Below, one piece after another: positions 10,979 to 23,661 of a stretch of 64,000 nt of DNA. The number at the start of each line of letters is the position of its first letter. Position 1 is the first letter of the stretch. The stretch spans positions 248,001 through 312,000 of the forward strand of contig CP060773.1 in assembly GCA_023205875.1 (NCBI GenBank). The letters are read 5' to 3'. Below the pieces are notes generated by a model. It was not told the DNA's origin and did not search any database. It saw only the letters and a list, made by a program, of their open reading frames with translations. The translations under genes and the position numbers were made by a program. The stretch comes from Chloropicon primus (lineage: Eukaryota).

Positions 10979-11120
10979 GTGGGAGAGAGAGACCAGGGGG
11001 AGGGTGGATGAGGAGTCACGGAGGGAAGGGAGGATGAATGGATGGATGGATGGGTACATTGTCTCTTGCTCTTTCCAATGAGCTGTCACTTGTCCGGTTT
11101 CGTTCCCTAGAGAGAGGATG
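10831..11120 (-). repeat. Two tandem copies (B ~10831-10950, C ~11001-11120) of the dispersed repeat, inverted relative to copy A
   Basis: Near-identical units about 170 bp apart, separated by a (GAT)n tract. Confidence 0.9.
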
Positions 11121-11251
11121 ACGATGATATGGACCGTCTGCATTGTTGAAGGAAAAGCACACACACGCACACGCAGAGGGAGACTTGGTGGTGGTGACAA
11201 AAAAAATACTAACGATGGTGATGCTTTGTTTATGGCGTCCCCATTATCCTC

Positions 11252-13054
11252 TCAGAATTGACTCGCGTTCTTCTTGAGCGCGTAATTGAGGTCGTGCACT
11301 TTGATCCCGACCCCCTTGAGCTTGTTGTAAGGGGTGCTGAACTGGTTTGGCCGGCCGTGCAGTCCTTGCCTGTAGTACATGTCCAAGCAATTCGGGCACT
11401 GCTTGGGGTCGTACGGCCCGTACGTGCCCTTGTGGTACCTCGTGTTCCTCCTCTCTATCGTCTGCCTCTTCTTGTACAGGCCTCTGTTCCTCCGGGTTCC
11501 GCTGCTGGCCCAGTCCCCCACGTGGTAATCCATCTCGCTCTTGAAGACGCCCACGTGGTACCCCAAGTGCCAGGTCCGCAGCGCAAACTCGTAGTCAAAG
11601 CCGATGCCTGGCTCCCCCCTGCAAGAGAAGTTCCCATTGAACATGCCGCTCTCCAAGAAGTACGACCGCCTGATGAAGAAGGGTCCCATGTTCACCAAGG
11701 TCGCGAACATGAATGGCTGGCGGAACCCAGACTTGAACTTGATGGGGGCGCGGCCCACGCCGTACTTGTTGGTCAGAGGGCCTCCCTGAATCGTCCCGGT
11801 GAACCCGCCGACCAAACCGAGCTTGTCGTTCATCTTGAACAGGTGGTGAGCGTGCCTGAGCCACCTTCCCGCGTTCGAGGGGTAGTCATCATCCTGCATC
11901 AGCACGAGCAGCTTGCCTTGTGCAAGCTTCGCGAGCCTGTTGTACCCCCTGATCTCGTGGATGTTCGGACTGACCACGACGGTGTACCTTATGGGCGTCC
12001 CCTTCTCCAGCTCCCTGATCCAAACGCCAACCTCCGTGCCGCTGTCGTCGTTCACAAGGATCTCGTTCCTTCCCTTTTGGGCCTTGAGCCTCTTGACGAT
12101 CTGCACGATGTTCCTCGGCCTCTTGTAGTACTGGATGACGAAGCTGTTGTCATACGAGTGGTGCTTCTTGCACTTCTGGCTCGTGTCCCTGCCATGGGCC
12201 TCGATCTTTGACTTCATCATCCCCAAGCCCTTGAAGGAATCCTCCTCGCTGCTGACGCTGACTTTGAGTCCATTGGAAAACCGGATGAGGCCATCCCTCA
12301 GCTCCTCTTCGTTCCTTCCCTTCTCCGTGAATATCAAGAAAGAGTTCCTCTGGTACCCGTCCCTGTCCACCTTGTTCGCCACCAGGCCCTGCATCACTCG
12401 GTTGTACGCCGGGTACCGCAAGCCGTTACTGTGAACTATCGTCTCCACGGTGTTGGAACCAGGTCCAGGCTTCTCACTGTGCACCGAGTAAACCTTTTGG
12501 AGGGCCGTAATGAGTTTGGACTGGTCCCCTTCTCCCGTGACCTGAAGCATGACGTACGACTGGCGTGGATAATCAATGTCGTCGCAGTGAGAAGCGTAAC
12601 ACTTGCACCTGTGGTCGGCCTCGGTCGTCACCTTGACGTACGGCTCCTCCGCGTACGTCAACCCGCACACCGTCATGTTCGCCCTCGGTTCTATCGCTTT
12701 GAAGTACGAAAAGGGTCCCATCTTCACGTTTGGTTTCTTGAACGCCTTGAAAGAGACCACCTCAGCCGTCGGCGGAGCCTGCCGAGGCAATACCACCTCC
12801 TCTGCACCCAAGTCGCCGCCTCTCCCCTCGGAGAGAGGTGGAAGAGGGACCGTCCCATCACCATCACCTCCCTGGGACGCATCTCGATTCTTCAGCCACG
12901 GCGATGGCTTCCTTCCTGCCCCTTTGGACATGTTCTCTTTCACCTGGTTGATGTCGACGAGTCCCCAGTACAGGATGACCAGCATCGAGAGGGCCAGGGC
13001 TATGCCCATCCCCCGTCCAGTGCCACCCTCACTCACCTTGCCTTTGCTTCCCAT
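11252..13054 (-). CDS. Type II membrane glycosyltransferase, GT-A fold (GT2-like)
   Basis: Short N-tail and TM helix, then EILVNDDSG, RGYNRLAKLAQG, LMQDDD (DxD-like), GPFFIRR..F...GMF and GFDYEFALR. Confidence 0.8.
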   Translation of the reverse strand: MGSKGKVSEGGTGRGMGIALALSMLVILYWGLVDINQVKENMSKGAGRKPSPWLKNRDASQGGDGDGTVPLPPLSEGRGGDLGAEEVVLPRQAPPTAEVVSFKAFKKPNVKMGPFSYFKAIEPRANMTVCGLTYAEEPYVKVTTEADHRCKCYASHCDDIDYPRQSYVMLQVTGEGDQSKLITALQKVYSVHSEKPGPGSNTVETIVHSNGLRYPAYNRVMQGLVANKVDRDGYQRNSFLIFTEKGRNEEELRDGLIRFSNGLKVSVSSEEDSFKGLGMMKSKIEAHGRDTSQKCKKHHSYDNSFVIQYYKRPRNIVQIVKRLKAQKGRNEILVNDDSGTEVGVWIRELEKGTPIRYTVVVSPNIHEIRGYNRLAKLAQGKLLVLMQDDDYPSNAGRWLRHAHHLFKMNDKLGLVGGFTGTIQGGPLTNKYGVGRAPIKFKSGFRQPFMFATLVNMGPFFIRRSYFLESGMFNGNFSCRGEPGIGFDYEFALRTWHLGYHVGVFKSEMDYHVGDWASSGTRRNRGLYKKRQTIERRNTRYHKGTYGPYDPKQCPNCLDMYYRQGLHGRPNQFSTPYNKLKGVGIKVHDLNYALKKNASQF

Positions 13055-13817
13055 TCTCAAGCGATGAATGGCACAACAACTCAGCTTGCTCCTTGCTTTC
13101 GACTAAAGATCTCCAAGTCTTCCTCCTGTCCAGCTTGTGGCCATCGCAGAGAGGCACCTTCTCCAAGCTGCTGGTAACCAAGTTGTGTTCCAAAGATGAT
13201 GTGTTCACTCCTCGTGAAAGATGCCTTTGGCCATCCTTCCTCGTCCACAACAATCCAGAAGTCAACCTGTGCGTGAAGCCTCGTGATGAAACTACCCTTT
13301 GCTCAATCCCTCGGCAACCGTTACACACGTTGCGATGCACCTTTCACTGCCACTGCTTCCACTGCCTGCCACCAAACGAACTGAGGGAAAACACGACGTT
13401 TCAGTCTCTCACGTTCTCAATACGGCGTCATTTCGTTCACACGAGAGGTCTTTGGAAAGACAAAGACGCAATGCGTTGGGATCCATTCCCTCCTTCTCTT
13501 TCTTATCCTCTTCACTGTCTCCTAACTCACCTCAAAGTCTCAAGGTTCCTCCTGATGGGATGCCTCGATCTTGTCCTTGGGTTCACCTCCCCTCAAAGAG
13601 AGAAGAGATCTGCTGTGCTCCTCTCGAAGAGCACGAAGGAGCGACTGGAGCGAGGAATTGTAGGCGAAAGAAGACGTAAAACGAGAAGAGCGACGTGCAG
13701 GACGAAAGAACACCTCTTGATCTTTCCATAGACCATTCACTCGACCAAATCGGCTCACATTATCATCGATTGATTGGATTTAGAAAGGTTGAAGGTAAGG
13801 TGGAGACTAGTTGTACC

Positions 13818-15006
13818 ATGGCGGCCATACGTTATGCGGCGAGGAATTCGAACGTACCGAGATGCATCGACCTCGTTCAGTCCATATCATGGGCATCGAG
13901 ATCGAGCACCTCGTTCACGAGGTCGATCTTCTCTTCCGAAGTTCAAGAAATGCAGACGAGACTGGTCCAGCACCAGGGTGAGGCCAAGTATCAGGTGAGT
14001 CTAGATGGGCGGACGTGATGGAGGTGAGGCGTCCCCCGTGGGAGTGAACCAAATCATCGAACGTATCGTCTCCTTGTCTTTCGTTTGAGCCGGCTTGTGA
14101 CGAAATTGCTGCTCTGGTGAGGAAGGGGGAAGACTAAACGACGCGTGCTGTGCTTGCTCTCTCGTCCGTGACCGCGCGCCACCGCAGGGAGTGGGAGGCC
14201 ACAGAGGAAGGTGGTCGGCGTCGGGGAGGCGCGAGTACACGACCTCGTCTGCTGTCGTTCCGAAAATAGTTTTCCTTGGGCCGCCAGGCGTTGGGAAGGG
14301 GACCTACGCGAAGAGGATAGCGAAGCTCTTGGGAGTGCCTCACATCGCCGTCGGCGACTTGCTCAGGAACGAAGTGAAGGAAGGCACGGAACTCGGAAAG
14401 GAGGTCGAAGCGATCGTGTCCCAAGGCGCCCTCGTTCCAGACGAGACTGTCCTGAGCCTGCTCAAGAACTTCCTGCAGTCGGGAAGCGCGGACGACACGA
14501 CGACCGGCGGTGGAGAGAAACGAGAGACTCAGGTCCTTTACGATAGGACAGTCAAGTCGAAAGGCGGCTACGTCCTTGATGGGTTCCCGAGGACCGTGAA
14601 CCAGGCCAAGCTCCTGTCCGAGTTCGAGCAAGTCAACCTGGTCCTCAACTTGTATCTCCGGGAAGACGTTCTGATCGAAAAGTGCCTGGGGAGGAGAATC
14701 TGCACGAAGTGCAACGGCAACTACAACGTTGCCGACATTTACAGGCCAGCGGACGAGGTGACTGGCATGCCGGAGATCATCATGCCGCCGCTTTCCGTTC
14801 CCGAGGGCTGCGAGGAGCACATCGTCACTCGCAAAGACGATACGGAAGAAGTTATCCTGAAGAGGTTGCAAATCTACAAGGAAGAGAGCGACCCTTTGGA
14901 GAACTTTTATAGGGAGAGTGGCCTCTTGTTGGATTACGAGATCACGGGAGGCATCGACCACACCCTGCCAACCCTTTCCCCTGCCGTCCTTCACAACCTA
15001 AAGTAA
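13818..15006 (+). CDS. adk: Adenylate kinase, organellar; exons 13818-13994, 14188-15006
   Basis: P-loop GPPGVGKGT, GDLLR, GYVLDGFPRT and LID region GRRICTKC. A phase-0 GTGAGT..CAG intron links a targeting-like first exon. Confidence 0.93.
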
Positions 15007-15302
15007 TCAACAAAAGGGAAGCGAGCGCTCGTCAGTTCACGGGCGCAAGGGCACAACTTGCTATTTAATTGATCTTTTATCGAGGCAAGGAGGAGAACAA
15101 AAGAGAAAGAGAAAGAGAAGAGAATGAGAATGAGAATGGAAACGAAGAGAGGACCCTTCCATCCCGTGCACTCCAACTCCATCCATCTTGCTGCACTCCC
15201 ATCCACCTTGCCTATGATTCTGATTCTGATTCTCCATCCTGAAGCTGGAGAACCCAAAATAAAAGGGTTCGCTCTGGCTCGCTCAGCTCGGCTCGGCACA
15301 CA

Positions 15303-16252
15303 ATGGAGGACTTGTTCGAGGATGCCAAGGGAAGCTTCGAGCAGGCGGCGACCACATTAGTCGACGAGGTGCGTAAGGCCTTCGTAGACGAACGGACGGG
15401 GAAAAACGCTTTCGAACTTGCCGTCGAACAAGCGAAACAGTTCTATAATGCGGTGGACTGGTCAGGTAGGTTTCGAGTGATATTGTCGTCGATGAGGGCA
15501 ATTGAGGCGCACGAGCGGGTGTTAGATGAAATTCTCATTCCGTTATCTTTCGATTGAACCCTTGGTTGAAGGAAATGGCTCCCTGGTGAAGAAGCATTGG
15601 ACTAAAACGCACTCGATTCTTCTTCTTCTGCCTGTGTTTGGTTTCTGTTTCAGAGCAATGGATCCAGGCACTCCTTGCGAGTGAGCTGGTGCTGCTGCTG
15701 ATTGTGGTGTTCACAAGGAATCGTACGACCTTCCAAGGAATCCTTTTCCTTGTGCTAGGTAAGCATGAGCCACACAAGCCCTTCTCTACCCAATGCTTCT
15801 CGTGCCCGACGACTCGACTGCCGGGCTTGCAGGTTGTGCGCATACTGACGGCTTGTGCAACGTCAAAACGGCAGGAGCGGTGATTTACTGCGCAAAGTAC
15901 TTGAATGTTTACCTGGAAAACAATTGGGAAGCTTTCTCCAGGCAGCCTTACTTCGACAAGAGCGGATTATTCATATCGATCATGCTCTCCGGACCTCTCC
16001 TAGTGATCAACATGGTTATCGTGGTAAGTCGTCGGCATCATCCTGTTGGGCGGGGGCCACGCCACAGCGTAGTGCTTTCGTTCCCTTCGATGTCCCACAC
16101 ACCCTCCACCACGGATGGACCGACTCACACACACTCTCTCTCTCCAGGTGAACCACTTGATCGTGCTGAGCGGTCTGATTGTGCGGGTGAAGACGGCAGA
16201 GCTCAAGGCAAAGGCGCGAGAGAGGGCAAAGGAATCGAAAAAGGTAAAGTAG
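15303..16252 (+). CDS. TMEM18: Transmembrane protein 18; exons 15303-15465, 15654-15758, 15875-16023, 16148-16252
   Basis: The spliced product has AVDWSEQWI, YCAKYLN..LENNWEAFSRQPYFDKSGLFISIMLSGPLL and a basic C-tail. Intron phases are consistent. Confidence 0.88.
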
Positions 16253-16371
16253 GGGCAAGTCAGGGCGTCCGTCACGTCGTCATGTGGCGGGCCTCGGCCG
16301 CACCGGGCTAAAACCTTTGTAAATTTATATTAAAGTTGCTATCAATATCAATATCTATATCTATTCTATTC

Positions 16372-18111
<1,740 letters not shown>

Positions 18112-18222
18112 CTAGACCTTTGGAGAGCCCGTGAGAGAGGAACACGGCAGAGGGAAGTGGAGCGAGGAGGTCGTACTGGCGATACTTGAGTGAGCGTCGC
18201 ATCCGTTGCGTTGTGAGAGAGG

Positions 18223-19269
18223 ATGGCAAGAGTGAGGACGAGATTTACCGAAGCCATCAGCGGTGTGACTGCCCCTCTCTTTGGTGCCCCGATGGCTGGG
18301 GCGAGCGGCGGCCTGCTGGCAGCCTCGACTGCGCGAGCCGGGGGGTTGGGTTCGATCGCCATGCCTATGCTGAGAAAGGACACGGGTGAAGCGAAGGATC
18401 CTTGTGGCTCGCTTGCCAAGCTAAGGGAGGAGGTGAGAATCTTCCGTGCCGGAGCTCCGGCGGCGCCCTTGTGCATAGGTTTTGTTGAGGACCACTGCCT
18501 GCAGCGCCGCGGTGATTTTTCCCTCATCTTGGACGCGGTAGCCGAGCACGAGCCAGAGTTTGTCCAAGTTTTTGCCCCTGCCTCCACCTCCTTGGTTCAA
18601 TCAATCAGGGGAGCACACTCTGGAGTCAGGATAATGGCACAAGTGGGGTCGAGCAGCGAAGCGAAGCGGGTGATTGGTGAAGCCAAGGTCGATGTCGTGA
18701 TCGCGCAGGGAAAGGAAGCCGGCGGCCACGGCCTTCGCCCTGAGATGTCGAGTGGGACTTTGCCGTTCGCCAGGCGTGTTGTCCAACTTGCAGAGGGGAC
18801 GGGGACGCTGGTCCTTGCGGCTGGAGGCATCGTGGACGGTGCGGGTGCAGCGGCTGCGCTTGTCCTTGGCTGCGACGGGGCGGTCCTTGGCACGAGGCTC
18901 TGGGCCACTGAACAGGCCTTGGGAGACCAAGAGAAGAAGAATCGCTTGCCAGCGGCGGACTGCGACGATGTCGTTCGGACTCGCCTTTATGACAAGTTGA
19001 ACAACAAGTGCCAGAAAGAGGAAACCAACGGCCTGTTGTGGAGGCACCCGTACGACACTTGTGGTGTCATTCGCCCGGAAACCTGGGCAGAAGACGCCAC
19101 CAAGTCGTGGACGACCGAGGAGGCTCGGGCCTACCTCAAATCAAACTTTGCGTTGGCAGGCGATGGCGTGGGAAGCATCAACGGCATAGAGGACGCCGAA
19201 GAAATCGTCAAGAACATAGCGGGGGACATGTCGAGCGCCCTTGTCAGAGCAAGCAGCCTCGTGTCGTGA
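18223..19269 (+). CDS. Nitronate monooxygenase / 2-nitropropane dioxygenase family flavoenzyme
   Basis: APMAGASG, AGGLG, AQGKEAGGH, LAAGGIVDG and GCDGAVLGTR. Confidence 0.9.
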   Translation: MARVRTRFTEAISGVTAPLFGAPMAGASGGLLAASTARAGGLGSIAMPMLRKDTGEAKDPCGSLAKLREEVRIFRAGAPAAPLCIGFVEDHCLQRRGDFSLILDAVAEHEPEFVQVFAPASTSLVQSIRGAHSGVRIMAQVGSSSEAKRVIGEAKVDVVIAQGKEAGGHGLRPEMSSGTLPFARRVVQLAEGTGTLVLAAGGIVDGAGAAAALVLGCDGAVLGTRLWATEQALGDQEKKNRLPAADCDDVVRTRLYDKLNNKCQKEETNGLLWRHPYDTCGVIRPETWAEDATKSWTTEEARAYLKSNFALAGDGVGSINGIEDAEEIVKNIAGDMSSALVRASSLVS

Positions 19270-19348
19270 ATGTGTGTATGTGTTAATATGTGTATTATGT
19301 TAAAAATGCTCCTATAAAGTTACAACTTTTGTATGTTGGGGTTTTTCT

Positions 19349-21265
19349 TCAAAACTTGAGCTTGTTCTGCATGATTTTCCTGGTCATCTTGGATTTGATC
19401 GTCGCCATCGACGCGACGATGGAAGACCTCTTCAAGTTGGCCTTTCCTCCTGATTTTTCGTTCGAGTACGACTTGATCTTGCTCCGGACGCTTGTGATGA
19501 TGTTCATCAGCTTGGCCTTGTCACTGGCGGGCATTTGGATGTTCATATACGACACCTGCTCCAGCTTGTTCAGCGTGACCTTGACGTCGACGAGGTTGGA
19601 AATCCTCTCCGAGTCGCTCCTTTCCTCCGAGCTCGTGCTCGTTTCCTCCACCTTCTCCCAGGATTTCATGGCCCGGTTCGCCAGCTCAAGCATCTCTTGG
19701 GTCGAGTCCTTGTCGTCCATCTTGTCGATCGCCATGGAGATGAGGTGAACCACTGACTTGAGCTCCTTTTTCATCTCGTCCGTCGAAACGCTGGCGGCCT
19801 TGGTCGCTCCAGCATTCAGCTGGGCGAAGAGTGGATTGGAGAGACCCAAGCTCACCATCCCGTTCCCCTGCAAATTGCTCTCGATATCCCCCCCGCTGCT
19901 CGCGGCACCCTCCTTGCCCGCATCCATCATCATTGTCCCGATCAGCTTGTCGCCGGTGCCGAAGAAGGAATCCAGGGTCTCTCCCGACCCCATCATCATT
20001 GGGTTTCCCATCATGCCCATGCCCATGCCCATGGGACTCTCTTGCACTTGCTTCCTGACCACAGGCATGCCTTCAGCATGCTTCACTGGGTGGTACGGAG
20101 CAGTGGGTGCCTGCGGTTGGAACGGGGGCGGTCCACCCCCACCGTAACCGTTGAAGGGATTGTTGAACCTCGGCATGTAACCTCCGGCGGCAGGTATCAT
20201 GCCTCTCTTTCTCATCGAAAAGTAGCCCAAGCCCATGAGAATGAATGCTCCACCGAGAACCAGGACGATCATGACAGGGTCTTCCGTGAAGCTTTTGCTT
20301 GATCCGCCGGTATCCTCTTCTATGCCGAACGGGTTCACCGGTGGCGGGCTAGGAGGTGGTGGTGGTGGAGGTGGCGGTGGAGGTGGCGGTGGACTCGGTG
20401 GTGGTGGGGGGCTTGGAGGCGGTGGGGGTGATGGGGGTGGACTCGGCGGCGGGGGTGGACTCGGTGGTGGAGGGGGGTTCGGTGGTGGAGGTGGATTCGG
20501 TGGTGGCGGGGGTGACGGCGGAGGTGGCGGGGGTGATGGTGGCGGGGGTGAAGGTGGCGGGGGTGGGCTTGGTGGCGGTGGGGGTGAAGGTGGTGGTGGT
20601 GGGCTCGGTGGTGGTGGGGGAGGGGGCGAATTCTGAACGCAGCCATCCGTTGTTGTCTCCACTTCGGTGTAGGCGGGGCACAAGTTCTCGGGAAGCGTTC
20701 TGACTCCCGTGGTCTCCTCAAAGATCCTGAACTTTGTGAAGAGGCCAGTGGAGGGACTCTGAATGCAGTTGCTGTAGCCAGACCACTCACCTCCGCAGAG
20801 GTACTCCATGGACGGCGGAGGCGGGGGTGAAGGTGGCGGTGGCGGTGGGCTCGGCGGCGGTGGCGGTGGTGGTGAAGGTGGCGGTGGCGGCGAAGGTGGA
20901 GGAGGCGGCGGTGGCGGTGGTGGTGGCGGTTCATACTGGGTGCACCCCTCTGTCGTGATTTGGAACTCGCCGTTCTCCGGACACTGCAGCAGTCTCCTCC
21001 CCAGCAGTCTCCTTCCTGGTGGCGGTGGCGCGTACGTTTTGAAGAACCTGTACCGCTTGAACAGTCCCAGGTTGGGATCCAGGACGCAATCCTCCCAGGG
21101 ACCCCACGCTCCGTTGCATCCTTCAACGTCCTGGGCCTCGGCACTCGTCAGCAACAAAGCCGAGACCAAGGCCAACGTCAGCATTATCCGCTTCCCGTCA
21201 ACAACCCTCCTCGAGTGCCGCCGTGATGACTCCGCGTAACACCCCTCGCTTCCTGCCATCCTCAT
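19349..21265 (-). CDS. Single-pass proline-rich (Ser-Pro3-5, extensin-like) surface protein with two small TSP1-like Cys/Trp modules
   Basis: Signal-like segment, modules CNGAWGPWEDC..R and CGGEWSGYSNC..R each followed by SPPPP tracts, TM VMIVLVLGGAFILMGLGYF, and a helical cytosolic tail. Confidence 0.8.
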   Translation of the reverse strand: MRMAGSEGCYAESSRRHSRRVVDGKRIMLTLALVSALLLTSAEAQDVEGCNGAWGPWEDCVLDPNLGLFKRYRFFKTYAPPPPGRRLLGRRLLQCPENGEFQITTEGCTQYEPPPPPPPPPPPPSPPPPPSPPPPPPPSPPPPPPSPPPPPSMEYLCGGEWSGYSNCIQSPSTGLFTKFRIFEETTGVRTLPENLCPAYTEVETTTDGCVQNSPPPPPPPSPPPPPSPPPPPSPPPPPSPPPPSPPPPPPSPPPPPNPPPPPNPPPPPSPPPPPSPPPSPPPPPSPPPPPSPPPPPPPPPPPPPPSPPPVNPFGIEEDTGGSSKSFTEDPVMIVLVLGGAFILMGLGYFSMRKRGMIPAAGGYMPRFNNPFNGYGGGGPPPFQPQAPTAPYHPVKHAEGMPVVRKQVQESPMGMGMGMMGNPMMMGSGETLDSFFGTGDKLIGTMMMDAGKEGAASSGGDIESNLQGNGMVSLGLSNPLFAQLNAGATKAASVSTDEMKKELKSVVHLISMAIDKMDDKDSTQEMLELANRAMKSWEKVEETSTSSEERSDSERISNLVDVKVTLNKLEQVSYMNIQMPASDKAKLMNIITSVRSKIKSYSNEKSGGKANLKRSSIVASMATIKSKMTRKIMQNKLKF

Positions 21266-22650
21266 CACCACCGTCGTCGTCGTCGTCGTCGTCGTTGAAG
21301 CTGAAGCGGCAGGAGACTCGTCGTTGGCGTCGTCGTCGTTCTCAACAACGCCTCGTGTTCTTCAATACCAAAGGGCTCCCCCTTCAACACAAGTGTTCAA
21401 TGAGAGGGGACCAGGACTCAAAACGGACCCAAGGGAGACGATGATGCCCTCGCTCAACTAGTGGAGCCTGGCCATCCTTTGCTCACACTTGGCCAAGCTC
21501 TGAGTGCCCTTCTCTTCCAAGACCGACGACGACCGACCCGACCGACCCGACCAGCAGAAAGAAGACGGAAGAAGAAGAAGGGAGGGGAGGTACAGAAAGA
21601 AAGAAACAAAGGGTGTCAGTGCCCGTGAACACAGCAAAGGGGTTCGTCCAACGAGTCAAGTACACGAGTCGTTCACATAATAACAGTGTGAAAGTCACAC
21701 ACGCACACACACGCAGTAGTATGACCAAAGACAACAAGAGAGACAGAGAGAGAATGAAGGAAGATGCCTCGCGCTTCACCGTGTCAACGCCTGGTAAACG
21801 CCCTCGTCCCAAAGGTCTCACCTTTGACTCCTCTCCTCTCGTGTGACACCTCAGCACTCTCCTTCCTCAAGACCTTGGTGAACCGAACCAAAGGAAGCTT
21901 TTCTCGGTGACAAAACAAGTCGAGAATCGTTTCAAACCAAAGGTGTCGAGACAAGCTTTCGTGTTCTCCCTCGCTTGCTCCACGTTTCCACCGTCTTCTC
22001 TCACTGCTGGCCGAGAAAAACGAGTCCTCCAACTAAAGTTAGTGCTCCCTTTGACTTTATCTTGTCCAACAAAGCTAACGACCACTTCGGGCGTCAAATC
22101 CGTCGACCAGACCATCCACGGAAAGCCTGTGACCTAAAGTTTCCAAAGATGTCGCCTTTCGTACCTCTCTCCCTCGTCCTCCGTCCTCAACTCGGTCCAG
22201 AAGACCGCAAGCTTTGGGCTTCGTCTCGTCTCACTCGTTTGACTCTTGATGAATTCCAGTAGAATTTCAAATAGAAAACATCAGAGGGGGAAGCGGAAGC
22301 GAAGCGAGGGAAACGCTTGGAGGAGGAGACGAGATTTGAGCAGGAAGGCGATGACGAAAGAGGGTGGACGAAACCATGACGAGATACGTCTCGAGATCTT
22401 TCCATCGGTACCTTGGTTGCCTCGTTTGGCGTCCGGAGTGATGTTTTGAAACGTTCGGAAGGGTCATCATCAACGTCATCCTCATCAGAGTGGTCCGTGA
22501 ACGATGAGGATTTGAAGGGGGTTAGCGTGGAAGAGGAGGTTGATAGGCTTCGTCAGCACGAATATCTCTCTCACGATCTTTCCATCGACCCCTCGCTGGA
22601 CCCTTTCGGCCTCGTGAGTGGTCGGGAAGTGGCTTGCAGGCCACATCGTG

Positions 22651-23563
22651 ATGGCTCCCTCGAGCGAGGACAAGGATGATGGTGGAGGACCCGAATGCTT
22701 TTACAAGGTAAGGAGAGGGTCAACGAGCCGCGAGAGACGCCATAGATGACCGCACTGGCTGTTCCTCGCGAAGCTCTCTCATTCGACCCCTCACACGCAG
22801 CGAGAGACGCCGTGACGTGGTGGTGGAGAGACTGAACACTCGAGTCTGTTGTGGTGGTGTTTCCTTGTGCAAGGTGCTCGGAGTCGATGAGAATGCAACG
22901 GAGAGCGACATCAAGAGTGCTTACAGGTAAGGCATATGTCGCCCATCCACTCACCCCTCCCCCCGCGATTGTTGGACTGCCTCTGACCGTATCGAACGCA
23001 CGCCGAACGCCCGTCCCTCATTTGCTCTTGGTAGGAAGCTGGCGTTGAAGCACCACCCCGACGTGAAGAAAGGAAAGGACGACGGCAGCAGCGGCGGCGC
23101 AGACTTTCTGAGGATATCGCAAGCTTACGAGACGCTGAGTGATTCGAACAAGAGGTCCTTCTACGACTTCAGCAGGCGGCAAGTTCGGACCCCGCCGGGT
23201 GGCGCCGGCCCCAGCGGCGGGGGAGGGAGCTCGTTTTACGACAGGTACGGAGAGGAGTTCGCGCGGCAGCAAAGGCGGAGGAGCCCGTTTGATGAGTGGA
23301 AGGCGAAGCAAGACAGCTGGCAATCCGAGTACGAGAGAAAGCAGAGGGCCAAAGCAGCTTGGGAGGCGGAGAAAAAGGAGGCCAAGCTGAACAAGGTCAG
23401 GGCGATGAAGAGGAGAGCGAGAACGGAGGAAGCCCACAAGATGAGGGTGGGGAGAACCCTGAAGCAGTTTTGGCAGACGAGTCCGCGAGTCACCAAGTAC
23501 GACTTTGCATTCTTTTCTGTGATGACCGGGTGCTTCCTGGTGTCCATGAACGCCTGGACGTAA
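22651..23563 (+). CDS. DnaJ-domain protein with C-terminal hydrophobic tail; exons 22651-22707, 22874-22926, 23035-23563
   Basis: The spliced J-domain reads CFYK|VLGVDENATESDIKSAYR|KLALKHHPD...FLRISQAYETLSD, with an intact HPD motif. Confidence 0.9.
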
Positions 23564-23661
23564 GGAACTGAGTTGTGTATAATATAAAATAGTCGAATAA
23601 TAAAATACTTTTGCGTTGTTTGTAATACTAAAGATTACCCCAACGACGACATGCGCCCGAG

